Notes under the pieces: model-generated
What the model was told of the DNA's origin: nothing
Databases searched by the model: none
Seen by the model: only the letters and a program-made list of their open reading frames with translations
From: Amoebophrya sp. A120
Taxonomy: Eukaryota > Protista > Dinoflagellata
Direction: 5' to 3'
DNA: 64,000 bases
Assembly: GCA_905178155.1 (NCBI GenBank)
Contig: CAJINV010000022.1
Span: forward strand, 798,836-862,835
In this document: positions 11,419 to 24,500 of the stretch, piece after piece
Numbering within the stretch: the stretch's first letter is position 1
Layout of the letters: each line of letters starts with the position of its first letter
Program-made: the position numbers and the translations under genes

Positions 11419-13108
11419 TTCTAGAACATGACTAGGCTTCCTATCTTGAAAACTGATTTCGTCCGAGGAACGCACTTTTACTTAATGATCATTTCATTTT
11501 ACTTAAATGTAAAAAGCGAAATCGTTGGCACGAGAAGAAGCAGAGACGTAGATGTTCATGTTATGCAATTTTCATTTTAGTTTCTCAATGAAGTCAAGAA
11601 TCAAGAAATAGCTCTAAAGGAAAAGATGAAATAATTTCATTTCCTTTAATCGAAGAAAGAGTACGTAGATAGTTAGAAATACCAGAATCGAAGAAACAAT
11701 CACCAACCCGATAATCGTATTTATTATAAATGTCTAGATGATTACACACCCCAATTCTGCCTCCGAAATCTCCATGAAAGGAGGAAGAGCAACTAAATAG
11801 GGTCTCAGAATGGAGCATGAGCTCGAAGAACAACTGCTGAATAAATGAGATCGAAAATTCACACTATTTACGACGGATGTGTGCGTTTTCAACAAGGCGA
11901 TGACAACCACACGAGATTGATCGTTGGATGCAAGTATTACTCCCTTCCTACTATGTTTTTCGACCCGTCAGTTCTTAACAGCTCTCGAAACAAGAAGTCT
12001 AAACTACAAGAACTCCCCAAGTTTAAAATCGCATTTAGCAAGTTGATGTTTTAGAAAGGTTTCAAAATGAAGGAAAAAAAAACGTGACGAAAAAGAGGAA
12101 GAAAAGTGGGACCAGCAGGATTATCCTGGCTCTTGTTCCCCCGACTGCATGACAGACTGGAAGCAATTTTCGTATCGCGCCGTATTCTGTAGAACTCGGT
12201 CGTGAAGAGGGTGCTCGGTACTCATGCCGGAAATTTCTCGTGAATGTGCGCGAGTTTGACGGTACACGGTCCTATCGGTCTGACCGCAGAAAGCAGTAAC
12301 TTAGTACCTTGCTCTACTTCGTGCGCACTTTCTATCTATATATTTGTTTACACTTGTTTACTCACGCGACTCTCGTTTACATGTTGCTCATGACAAGTTG
12401 CTTTTGATTTTGCCACTGAGTTTGTGCTGTGGCGCATGTGGGCAGTTTTACCGGCAAGGAATCTGTAATGCTGAAAATCAAAAGTCCCTTCACTTTGCGA
12501 TGTAAGTAACTTTGATGAACGACGACCAGTAAGAAATTAGTGTGCTGAGATTTATTCGAGAATTTCGATATTCGCCAGCGCTGTAGACCGACGTGGTTTG
12601 GGGAGAAAAATATCATAGATTAGTGAAAAACGAAGAGTAAAAATTGTCAACCCTTAAGAGCACGGTGCGTGACGCGGGAGGTTCTGAAGACCTTTTTGAC
12701 GTAGTAGCAGTACCGATAAGTCGTGAAATACGGTCGCTGAAACTCGTCTCTACTTCCGATGCTGGAAATAACGATAGCATATATTATATATTGCTGTTAG
12801 CGTAGAAAAAAATCTACTGCACGGAAATAGAATGTGAATGATCATAAATTTTAAATCAAAAAAGTTGCGTTTCCTCCAGCTTCAGTTGTCAACGTACAAA
12901 TACGATTTTTTTCCCGTGTCTTATCGAATACACAAAATTATACACAGGAAGACGACTAAGAGGAAAACTCAGTACGAATCTCTCGGTCTCGAAAAGTCGT
13001 GTCTATCCGAATAGTATAGAGAAGGATTTTGTCTTTGATTTTCATCACGGAATAGAGTGTCTATCGGGAAAGTAGTAGTAGAGAAGGATCTTCAACATCA
13101 CTATCATC

Positions 13109-13752
13109 ATGTCAAAGTCCAACGATACGGTACGCACGGAAGCGGAGTGGCGCAAAATGGTGCAAGATGGAGCCGGTGGGCGAGGTACTACGAGTTTCTA
13201 AACAAGACTTGAGAGGGGTTTTCTTTTTGGGGTGTCACTTCTTCAATTCGTGTTGTCTAGGAGCATCACTATCTTACAGGAACAGGCACAGGATCTTCAA
13301 ACATTATCTATAAGAAACAGCAACAGGAACACAGGATCAAACATTATCTATAAGAAACAGGAACAGGATGCAGGATTCCCCCTATGAAATCTCCCAACCA
13401 CCTTTCCCCAATCACCGCCCTTATTCCTTCAGGTAACAAAATCCGGGGCACCTACCAACAGGTTTGGAACGGTACGCGCGGCCGTACTGCGAGCGGTCTT
13501 TACAAATCGGATTTGATGATGAACGCCGAGGGCAAAATCGTCAGCAAAAAGCGTTCGAAGGCTGGGAAAAAGAAGTTCGCGGGCTGGCACAAGGCTTGCG
13601 CGAAGGCCAAGCAAAAGCTGGACGTCGGGAAAAAAGGCCGGGACTTTGTGCCTATCGGTGGAGTGAGTCGAGATGGCAAGAAGCTCCTCAAGGAGGCGAA
13701 ACAGGAGTACACGAAAATCAAGGCGATGAAGGTAAAGAAGGGGAAGAAATAG
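13109..13752 (+). CDS. DVNP: Dinoflagellate/viral nucleoprotein (DVNP), ~128 aa, two exons
   Basis: Signature QVWNGTRGRTASGLYKSDLMMNAEGKIVSKKRS...GWHKAC.KAK..L.....FVPIGG in a Lys-rich protein. A probable first exon 13109-13175 (MSKSNDTVRTEAEWRKMVQDGA) joins in frame through GT-AG intron 13176-13432. Confidence 0.9.
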
Positions 13753-15454
13753 AGGAGGTGGACGCCGTGCCTACAGTTGGCGGGAAGTAGACGGGCCGTT
13801 CGTATACGATAGCAAAAGCGATATACCGAGGAATTTTTTGAGCCACGTCGTACCCAGGGCGACTGTGTTTCAGAAAGTGTAACTCTCGGTTATTCGGTTG
13901 CGCTTGTGAGGATTAAGAGAACAAAATACGAAATCTGTAATGCAAATCTCAAAGACCTACAACAAAACATTCGGAGCTGAAAAATCTTTTTTGAAAAACA
14001 TTGGAATCTTCAAGGAAAAACCGCATTGCAGATTGATCCCCCCCCCATGGCAGATTGATCCCCCCCCAACCCCATGGAAAAACCGCATGGCAGATTGATT
14101 CTGAACAAACCGCATGGCAGTTTGTTTAGAAAGTTTGAAAATGAAAGAAAAAATAAAAACGTGACGAAAAAGAAGAAGATGAAAAGTGGGACGACCATCA
14201 TGCTCTTTTGTTCTTGAAAGAGGACGACAAAATTCGAACTACTACAGGTAATGCAGATGTTTAAAATGGACGAGGAACTAAGATCATTTTGGCCAACAGG
14301 AGCTCTCCGTAGCCATTTTAGCTCAAGTATATAAATGTTGTATGTTGATTTTTAAATATCTAGGCTTTTTGCATTAAGATCTTCCTGCATTCTCCGCTTC
14401 TGACGCAAATCTTACGCTTATTGCACTTTCGAAAACTTGTAAAACTTTGCATTCTGGTGAGGAATTCTCCCTTTCCTATCTCTTTCTGCACTCACCTGAT
14501 TCGAAGCATGAAAATCAACCTGCTGCTGTTCAATTTCAATTTCGATTCGCTTTCGCATCACAGATCCATTTCCGGGTAAAATGCTATTGCTTTCAAGCAA
14601 GAAAAAATTATAATCAGAGTTCCGATAAGGTCGCATTCTCAGCACTTCGACACGAAGAGAGATCGTTCTTGAAATTTCGACGTGGTCTTCCCGGCTGCAG
14701 ATCCCCGCTCCGCACAAGAAAATCATAATCAAGCTCCTTCCATCACATTTTCACTTGTTTGTAAAGACGTTTGTATGATTATTTTCGAGACTAGCCGGCA
14801 ACTAGATATAGTTAGGTCGTGGTATACGCTAGTTATGCATTTCGTTTTTGCGGTGAACCGGTACCCACGGGCGCAAAACGATCGACCAAATGCTAACTAG
14901 GGGAGCACCCATTTGGTAGGCTGGGTGTAGCGCTGCTTGGTCGTAGCGCTCCAGCTTCCGCCATGTGGGACCCCGTGGGCAGAAGTATCCACACTCGCGC
15001 CGCGCCCATTTCTAGCTAGGGACTCACGTAGTCGCTTCCTTCTTCGTTCTCCAAAAAACCCTTCACAGGATGTGCTCTCTCAATTATGTTCAGTTCGCTA
15101 TGCTACAGTGCTTATTTTCAAACTTCCCTTTGGGATTTTAGTTTTCAATATAAATGTTGTATGATTTTTAAATATCTACGTTTTTGAGATCTTCGTGTAC
15201 AGTTTCACAAAGGGTTTATGTTGGGCCAAGCATATGTTTATTGGGCCAACTGGCTTCTTCAACATCGCGGGCTAAGATAGCATTCGGACTCTGCATATTT
15301 TCGCACTTATCATCGAATCGCGAAGGAGTGGAATCGCAATCGTTATCGTACGGGCAGCATTAAAAATCGCATTTTCGAGCTAGAGCTAGACTATTTGGGT
15401 AACATAGGGGAGAATTAGCACTAGAGCCGGGCGAGTAACATAGCAGGGGGGAAT

Positions 15455-15619
15455 TAACTCTTCGCGCCCGCGAGTTAACCGCCCGGCAGGCCGGCCGGAC
15501 GGTCATTTAGCTCCCTCGCGGCTTGGACGGTAGAGGGTTTCTGGCTGGGTGCAAACAGCCCCAGAGGTGCTCGTTGTCATTGGCCGGCCGGCCAGACGCT
15601 TAACTCGCGGGCTAGAGTT
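15455..15619. repeat. Small inverted-repeat (MITE-like) element
   Basis: GCCCGCGAGTTAA (15466-15478) vs TTAACTCGCGGGC (15600-15612), with inner GGCCGGCC symmetry. Confidence 0.55.
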
Positions 15620-16216
15620 GGCAGGTCATTTGACGTTACGCCGTTCTTACAAATTGGGTTCTATTTCTAAGTAAATTGAAGTTGTTTGGTGAGTGTAACG
15701 CCTATACTTTGGGAAGAAAAATAGAAGCATTGCGAACCCGCACCTACATGCGGGCCTTTTGGGAAGAATTGCGGTGCTTGAACCTCCTCTCCATTTCGAA
15801 ACTAGATCCTTCGAGCGGTGCTCCTCTTTGAATCGAGGCCCAGGGCTGTCTTGATAATATTTTCACTTCGTTCGCGCATCTCGCCTTTTTGTGGAATAGT
15901 TACGCTCGACAAACATCAACGACCCGTATTGACGAACGATTTTTCTATAGCCCTAGCATCGATTTGTATTCCCAAAAATAGAAAAGCTCAATCTGTGCAA
16001 TTGCAAACACGGGTTTGCATAATAGTTGGCCCCGGGGGCTGCTCCCGTGTTGTAAAACGTCCTCACCTCTGCCGCGGTCGCTTACAGAAGCGTCGTGTGA
16101 ATAGCGATTAGGCCTGTATATTTTCACTTTCGCCTTCACCTTCGACCTGATTTAGATTACATGTCTGCAGCAGAGGCATAGTTGTTGTTTCCTTATGGCC
16201 ACAGTTCAAGCTACCA

Positions 16217-16999
16217 ATGTCGAGACTTGAGGGAGGAAAGTGCTGCTTGTTCGCCTTTCTCGTGAACTCGGCGTTTGCGGTAATGGCAGTTTTCGCGTCC
16301 GGCCTCCACCAAGAAGCATCGTCGCCACACGCAGTAGCCTCCGCGACTATAAATCATGCGAATGGTGGTCGCGGTCGACGGCGTCCGCATCTGAATCGTG
16401 TCCACGGGCACCTAGACCTCCGACAATTCGCGGAAGACGCTGCGACGCACAGCCGCCCGCAATCCCCGACGCAGAAAGGACGACTGGACCAGAACGCACA
16501 ATCAAGGACGACTGGACCGGAACGAGAGGCGACGTACAGCCGCCCGCAATCCCCGACGCACAGCAGCCCGCAATCCACAAGTCGCAGCATGGTGTTGGGA
16601 TCGTTGCCGATCCACTTGACACTGCGGGACAAGAATGGGGATAACGACTTTGAAAAACAGAGATCCCACGTGCCCCGCAAGTGGGCGGACCCAGCAACCG
16701 CGTCTGCGAATTGTGATTATTTTTATATGTTTGGAAGTGGATCGAGTTCGAGGCGAAACAGCAACGAGGACCACGTAGGGAGCGGCGCGGCACCTTCGTC
16801 GGCCTTGCTGCCGATGAGCAGAGCACCTTCCTCGCCTAGGCCTCATCCTGAAGATGCGAAACTGAGGCCGCTTAGTAGTATCCTTGTCCTGCCACATGAA
16901 CCAGCGGATTTATCTTTACTTGCCCCGTTCAAATTACCCCCAGCGTTTGGGCTTGAAGATGACTCTGAATGGCTCGACGGGCCTGGTGCTGGCGGTTGA
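16217..16999 (+). CDS. Hypothetical 260-aa protein with hydrophobic N-terminus (possibly secreted)
   Basis: ATG ORF, signal-like CCLFAFLVNSAFAVMAVFA, in-frame duplicated SRPQSPT, low complexity. Confidence 0.45.
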   Translation: MSRLEGGKCCLFAFLVNSAFAVMAVFASGLHQEASSPHAVASATINHANGGRGRRRPHLNRVHGHLDLRQFAEDAATHSRPQSPTQKGRLDQNAQSRTTGPEREATYSRPQSPTHSSPQSTSRSMVLGSLPIHLTLRDKNGDNDFEKQRSHVPRKWADPATASANCDYFYMFGSGSSSRRNSNEDHVGSGAAPSSALLPMSRAPSSPRPHPEDAKLRPLSSILVLPHEPADLSLLAPFKLPPAFGLEDDSEWLDGPGAGG

Positions 17000-17179
17000 G
17001 AAAGATTCGCCAGGACACGAAATACATTCCCGTGCGTCGGGATCTAAAGCACGACTTCTACGACAAATTAGAAACTTCGTTGTCGAAAATGACCACTGGG
17101 TGGCGTGTCTTATTCTTTTGTACAAAAATTTCCTGTAGAAGTTGATACTTTCACTATGAGCTGTGCCTATCCCAGGGTA

Positions 17180-17313
17180 CTAGTGCTTTCCTTTTCGAAA
17201 ACAACTCTTTTAGAAAACCGGACACGCATACTTTCAAGCTAGGGCACTACCTAGTGCTTTCCTTTTCGAAAACATAGCTCTTTTAGAAAACCAGACAAAC
17301 ATACTTTTAAGCT
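17180..17313 (+). repeat. ~71-bp tandem duplication
   Basis: CTAGTGCTTTCCTTTTCGAAAACA...CATACTTT.AAGCT occurs twice. Confidence 0.75.
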
Positions 17314-17948
17314 TCCCATCCAGCCACTATCTGTCTCCCGTAGTACAAAACTTGTCGATACCGAATTCTTTTGGGATATAAAGGGAGAACGTGTACAGTT
17401 TTTGTTTTGCCGTACCATGCCAGCCTGTGAAAGATCTAGCTTTACAAAAATAGCAATACCATGACGAATTCGCATCCACAAGCACACTGAAAGCCTAATC
17501 TAAAGATGATCATGTACAGTCAGCATATATTGAAGACTACAGAAGTGACGCGAAGAAATCCACAAGTCGCATACATGTCCACAAGTCGCATGATGCAAAG
17601 AAATCCCCGACAGATGAACGCAAAGAAAGCTCGAGGAATACGAACGGACAAGGAAACAGCCGCCGGCGAGCGCGCTGAGCTACGGGGGGATCAACATGCG
17701 TTTTGACAGTGCGACGATTTTGAACAAGGAAAAAAAAGCGTGACGAAAAAGAAGAAGATGAAAAGTGGAACACCATCATGCTCTTTTGTTCAAAGGCCCT
17801 TGCAGTGGGACCAGCCACTCTTGTAGTGGTGAGAGAGTGAAAGTGACCAAGAAAACGACCCTCAAGCAAGTACGATGTTGACAACGACGAAAACAATCGG
17901 CGTTTTTTACGACTGCCGGGCACACTTTGGGCAGTTGCACTTAGGAAG

Positions 17949-20204
17949 GTCCGAGAGGAAACAAGTTCTCCTTCTTGTGGTCTCGATTCTCTTCTGAACG
18001 TTTTTTCGAATTTGTCATGCGTACTGACCTCTCCGCACAGGCCTGCCCTCTTCAATATTTTCTTCTCTGGCGCGTACGAACATGTCGAGAAAAAAAAAAA
18101 TACCGTAGAAAAAATCAAAAAGCACCTAGAAAAAATCAAACCGTGCTCCCACTGCAGAAAAAACCAGTCGGGTGCTTTGAGAAAAATCGAGAAGAATGCA
18201 AGAAAAAACTTTCTCCGCGCGCGCGCTGCGCGCGCAGCGAGGTTGTTTCTCAGCGTCTCTGCACATGGGGCGCGCCCCAACCTCCGTCTGTCGCTTGAAA
18301 AATTTTCTCCGCGCGCTGCGCGCGCGGGTTTCCTGCCTCGCCCTTCTTCTTGGCCGCCGAGTATGTGGGTGCGGTTCTTCTCCACACAATGCGCGGCCCC
18401 GCCTGGCCGCGTGGCCCGCTTGCCGCAAAAATTTTCATTCTCCGCGCGCTGCGCGCGCAGCGAGGTTTCTTGTCAGCGCTCCCCACATTTGGGGCGCGCA
18501 CCCACCTCCGTCTGCCGCTTCAAAAATTTTCTCCGCGCGCCGCGCGCGCGGCGACGTTGCTTCTTAGCGTTCCCCGCACATGGGGCGCGCCCCCCACCTT
18601 CGCCTGTCGCTTGAAAAATTCGCTCCGCGCGCTGCGCGCGCGACGAGGTTGCTTGCAAACGTTCCCAGCACGTGTGGCACGCCCCCACCCCCGTCTGCCC
18701 TTTGAAAATTTTCTCCGCGCGCCGCGCGCGCGCCGAGGTTGCTTCTCAGCATTCCCCACGCATGGGGCGCGCCCCCATCTCCGTCTGTCCCTTGAAAAAT
18801 TTGCTCCGCGCGTTGCGAGCGCGGCATTGCTACCGCTGCCGTCTTCTTGGCCACGAAGTATGTCGGCCCGGATCGTCTGCACCCAATGCCGCGCGCGTCC
18901 GCTTGGTCGGTTGCGTAGCCCGCTGCTCGAAAAAATTTCCCCCGCGCGCTGCGCGCGCGGCGAGGTTGCTTCTTAGGGTTCCCCACACATGAGACGCGCC
19001 CCCGCCTTCGTTTGTCGCCTGAAAAATTCTCTCCGCGCGCTGCGCGCGCGGCGTGGTTGCCCCTCGGCGTTCCCCACACATGTGGCGCGCCCCCGCCTTC
19101 GCCTGCCGCTTGGAAAATTTTCTCCGCGCGCTGCGCGCGCGGCGAGGTTGCTTCCCAACGTCCCCTGCACATGGGGCGCGCCCCCACCCCCGTCTGCCCT
19201 TTGAAAAATTTTCTCCGCGCGCTGCGCGGTGGCTTCTCAGCATTCCCCACGCATGGGGCGCGCCCCCGTCTCCATCTGTCGCTTGACAAATTTGCTCCGC
19301 GCGCTGCGAGCGCGGCATTGCTACCTCTACTGTCTTCTTGGCCGCGAAGTATGTCGGCTCGGCTCGTCTGCACCCAATGCCGCGCGCTTCCGCTTGGTTG
19401 GTTGCGTGGCCCGCTTTTCGGAAAAATTTTCCCCGCGCGCTGCGCGCGCGGCGAGGTTGCTTCTTAGCGTTCCCCACACATGGGGCGCGCCCCCGCCTTC
19501 GTCTGTCGCTTGAAAAATTTTCTCCGCGCGCTTCGCGCGCGCCCTTGCTGTCTCTGCCTTCTTCTTGCCCGCGAAGTGTGTCGGGTTCGTTGGCTACCCT
19601 GCGCCCAATGCGCCCGCTCCCTCGCTTGGCTGCGTTTCCCGCTTGTCGGAAAAATTTTCTCCGCGCGCAGCGCGCGCGGCGTGGTTGCCTCGCCACGCTA
19701 CCCGCGCCCACCGCGCGCCCCCGCTTGCGATGTCACTTGGGAAATTATCTCCGGGCGCTGCGCGCGCGGCTTTGTTATTTCTCTTTTCTCGGCCGCGAGG
19801 TCCGCTTTGTTTTGCACACCCAGTGCGCCCAGCCCCGCCTGGTTGCGTGGGTGGCGGGCCCGTTGGCCTGAAAGGAAAACGAACCGCGTCCGCTTGCAAG
19901 GCGAGGCCGTTTCTCAGCGTTGCCCACACATGGGGCGCGCTCCCACCTCCGTCTGGCGCTTCGCGGTGCTGGGGCTTCGCGCATCGCTTGGCGCGTGCGC
20001 GTGTGTTCGGTTTTTCCGCTTCTGGGTGGAGGTCTTTTGATTTTCCCCGGAGGTGTTTGATTTTTTCTACCGTATTTTGGAGGTTTTCGGCCGCTGGCCT
20101 CGAATGGGCGGGACGAGAAGACTTTCGAGAAAAAGCGAGAACCTCGAGAAAAAGTGAGAACTTCTCGAGTTCTTGCCATTTTCTCGCTTCTCTCGGTTTC
20201 GGAC
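17949..20204. mobile_element. Foldback/TIR-like element with an internal ~90-bp GC-rich degenerate tandem array (~18200-19960); ends approximate
   Basis: Unit AAAAATTTTCTCCGCGCGCTGCGCGCGCGGCGAGGTTGCTTC...CATGGGGCGCGCCCCC is repeated more than 12 times. AATACCGTAGAAAAAATCAAA (~18100) is mirrored by TTTGATTTTTTCTACCGTATT (~20056). Confidence 0.6.
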
Positions 20205-21513
20205 GAGTTCCATTTGATTTTTTCTACAGCTGTAGAAAAAATCAAAGCGAGGCGTTTGTTTCTTGTGGGAAAAGCCGTCGTCTTTGTGTTTTCTCGTTTG
20301 ATTTTCTCTTTATATCTTTTCTCTTCTTTTTTCTCTTTTATTCTCGTTATGATTTTTTCTACCGTTTTTTGATTTTTTCTACCATCACTAGAAAAAATCA
20401 AATATTTTATGCGCGGCGACTGGAAGAACGGCAGTAACCCAAGTTTATTTCGTCTTGTATCGTTTTCAGTATTACAAATTTGATCGTAGTCTTGGTCCGA
20501 GTGGTTCTGGAGGTTGTTAGGTAGTGCGTTTCGAAAAAATGCGAAATGTGCTCCAAGTTGCCGCTCTAGCATTACAAACTACTACTTTTTTGCCCCTTTC
20601 CTTCTTCTTCTTTAGCGAAACACGATAAGCCGGGCACAAACGTATTGTCCTTGTGTTTATTTCGACTTTCATCGTTTTCAGCATTACAGAATTGAGGTCA
20701 ACTCCCTCTTTTGTGCTTCTCTCTTTCTTCTTTATAACCTGATCGGCAGTTGCTCGCCTCGTTTTTTATCTTTCTGTCTGCGAAAAAAGATCGAAGTTTT
20801 TGGATATTAACCTGCGAAAAAAGATCCGGAAATACGGAGAAAATTCACCTTCAGTTGCTTAGCTTGTTTAGGCTGTGCAAAATTCCTTGTCGAGTATCAA
20901 AAAAGCCGCTCCATTTTTGAACCCAAACTGATAGTTGATTGGCACATCCGTAAGAATAAGGTGAAGCAGTGGCCAAAGCTTTCGCGGGGACTTTTAATTG
21001 TTGAAAAGCGCATGACAGACCTGTTGTTCGTCTTTTAACACGCTGCTACGAGAGACACGGGGAAAACAACAAAAAGGCTGAGAGAACTCAGAACCATTGA
21101 CCTCAAGCAAGTACGATGTTGACAACGGCGAAAACAATCAGCCGCAAGCTTGATGCCGCCTTAGTTGCAAAAAACGCTTCGAAGAAGCTTTTTGGTTGCA
21201 ATATTGAACGGTGGACGTGCTACTTCTACTTGCACTTGTACTTCTTACCATAAAGAACTAGCGGCGGTTCATAAAAAAATCATACGTCGGACTGGATCCA
21301 ATCCTGAACGCCGGTTTGTGGATGTACTGGTGTGTTGAGCGTAGGTTGTTTATTTTTTATCGTGTGAGGATTAAGATATTGGCTTTTTTCTCCTGGTCGC
21401 CGACACTTCCACTACTAGGCCGTCGCAACCAGGATGCAATAGAGTACATACTTTGTGTCATCTAGAAGAGGACACCCGTTTGATATTTCGTAGGGGAATA
21501 GAAGTAAACGAAG

Positions 21514-24500
21514 ATGGCGGCGTTTTTCTGGTCGTGTAGTTTCTCTGTGGTTCTGGTCACCTTCGCAACGGCCAGCAGCACGAACGTCGTTGCAATCAAA
21601 AACGCCTCGAGAACTACCACCTCATCTGCTTCACCACCGTCCCATCTAATCCAGAATCTCGCAAGACGGTTTTTCCTATGGAGAGAAAAAAGTTTGTCAC
21701 AGTCACTAACTTGCAGGTTTTGCATTACAAATTTTCTCAGCATCACAAACTTTCCTTGTATTGCAGAAACACTAGGGAAATCCAAATCCCTAATGAAGTT
21801 TGGCTGTGATGCATTTTTACGCATGACAAACAATTTTGTATTGCAGGAATGCGCATGAGTGATCGTGACGAACTTTTTTTCTTTGATATTTCCTGCCTCG
21901 TGATTATTCCGCCTCAGCGCAGCGGGAGGTGCAGGAGCTTGCTTCCCGATTGAAAAGCCGGGAACATATCAAAAGGAAAAATCCCCCCTCCCCATATTGA
22001 AAACGCAGCCTTCTGAAAATTCGTGATGCAGATTTGTGGCTACAAATCCTGACTGTGTTGCAAGAAGGCAAAGCCAGAGAGTCCGCCGTATTATGCAGGC
22101 GGTTTGTGATGCTGTTGGGCCTACAGTGCGGATATTTTTCATGCTAAGCGCCTAGGCCAAAGCCTCGCTTTTCGCACTTAGTATGGGCCTGCAGTGCTCT
22201 CCAGCAAGACATCTAGGATTTGCGTACGCAAATCCAGCATCAGAAATTCCGTTTTGATATGGGGAGGGGGGACATTTCCTTTCGATAAAACAGGATCGGG
22301 AACGACCAGCTGGCGGGGGCGAGGATGCGGGGTCTACTTCTGCATCTGCTCCCTTGTTGCTTTCCGTATCAAGTGCAAAAATGTCTGGATCTGGAAGATG
22401 CAAGCTCTGTCATGCAGCTTTCGCATGGGCCAGAAGGTCTGGAATGTGAGCACTAGCATCACAAGTTTTGAGAAGGCCCTCTAATGCTGAATGCGCATGA
22501 GAAATACCGCCTTCTGGTAACCAGAAGTGAGGACTTTTGCTGGTCCCGCAATACAGATTTTTGTGTCGATCAGATTTAGCATGACAAACTCGGACTCTTC
22601 CAGACCCAGATGACATATTTGCATTTGATATTCCGGACTTTCCAACAACGACTTGCTGGAACAGCGACTGTATCCTGTGCAAAAGTATCGTACTCGTAGT
22701 AATTGCAGTCATGCATTACAAATTTCTTTCTTAAGTTAAATCCGCATTACAAATTTTATTTCTCATGCTGAGGAAATTTGTATTGCAATTACTATATATT
22801 ATATTCATGCGAAAAAAGAGGTAGACAGAGGGTAAACAAGAGGTGGCCGAGAGGTCAAAAAGAGGTCAAAAGAGGTAGAAAAGAGGTCGACAGAGGTGGA
22901 GAGGTGGCGCGGGACCCCATTCGCGAGGGTCGGCGAGAGGGTGCGCGAGTATAGCCCGCCGAAGCGCTCACCCTAAAGCGCCGCCTAAGTGCCTGAGAGG
23001 GTGCAGAGAGGTCAAAAAGAGGGGGCGCGAGAGGTCGACAGAGGTGGAGAGAGGTGGCGCGAATAAGGTGCGACCTCTCGCGGACCCTCTTGGCCACCTC
23101 TCGGCCACCTCTGTTGACCTCTGCCCACGAGTATAGCCGGATTATTAGCGGGGACCCCCAAAAGAGGTCAAAAAGAGGGTCTGCGGGAGGTCTGTGAGAG
23201 GGTAAAAGCACACCTAAGCGGGCGCGAATCCCCATGGCACTCCCCGTATTTGGCATTGCAGGCCATTCGCGGACTTGTTTTGTTCGGCGCCTTTCCGCGC
23301 CACCCCCACGCGCACCCTCTCGCGCCACCCTCTCGCGCACCCCCTCGCGCAAAACCTCTCGCGCAACCCTCTCGCGCAACCCTCTCGCGCCACCCTCCCG
23401 CGCCACCCTCTCGCGCTACCCTCTTGCGCTACCCTCTCGCGCCGGGCGGCTTCTGTTCGCCCCCGGTGTTCTTTGCAGCTGCTCCCTGCGCAGAGCGCCC
23501 ACAGGCGCGGGAAGCGCGCAAGTGGTCCTGCGGGTTGGCGCGGCGCAAACTCCAGTATGTTTCGTTGTGAAGGACTCCAGTATCTTTCGCTGTGCACAGG
23601 CACGTGGCGTTGTGGTCCGATCGGCAAACTGTCTTGCCCCGGCCCAACAGCCTTGCGCTCCGGCGGCAGCCGGAGCATGGCTGGTTTGTACTAGTGCGAT
23701 GCTTTTGCATTTCATAGACTGGGCGAGGAACTGTTCGTGCGTGCAGGAATAGACGATAACTTCGAGCAAGGAGTGTGGGACGCGACCAGAGATTCCTCTG
23801 CTGGTGCTCCTCGTGATTCTGACGTGTATGGATTGTAAAAATGTCTGGGTCTGGAAGAATGCATGTTTGTCATGCTTGTCCGGCATGACTCTCAAATCTG
23901 TCATGCACCTTACCCAAGAGCGCCATTTTTCTGTCAACATGCAGAAACGCAGTTTGTCATGCAGAATACGCAGCACCTAGAAGCTCAGAAACTTGTCATG
24001 CTGAGCCAGCACTTGCGGCCTCCGCATGATACGCCACCCAGCATCACAAGTTTCCAGACCCAGACATATTTGCATTTGATAAAGCGACGACCGCACCGAC
24101 GACGCCGTCCGCCGTGACATATGCAAGAAAAAAACTGTGTAAGTGTAAACTTGTGTTGCAGAAGATGCAACAGAGTTACGCCTGTCATGCCAGACAGCTA
24201 TGAAATCCTCTTTTCATGTGTGTTTTCCCTTACAAACCACACATGACAGGTTTTCTCTGTCATGTAGAGCAAATTTGTGATGCTGTTCCTCAAAGAAAGT
24301 TACACTTACACACTTTTTTTCGTGGATATGACACAGGCAACCTTCAACCAGGTGGACCTTTCCAAGAAGCAGCAGGAGGGCTCTACTGTAGTACCTTCCA
24401 ACGAGCAGCCCCCTCTCGTCGACCGACCCTATTTGACTCCGTTGGAGTGCTATCAAGTGCAAATATCCCTGGATGTCTGGAAGAGTAAAAACTTGTCATG

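Noticed and set aside
17975-20572. Many overlapping R/A-rich ORFs
   Set aside because: They are products of a stop-poor GC-rich tandem array.
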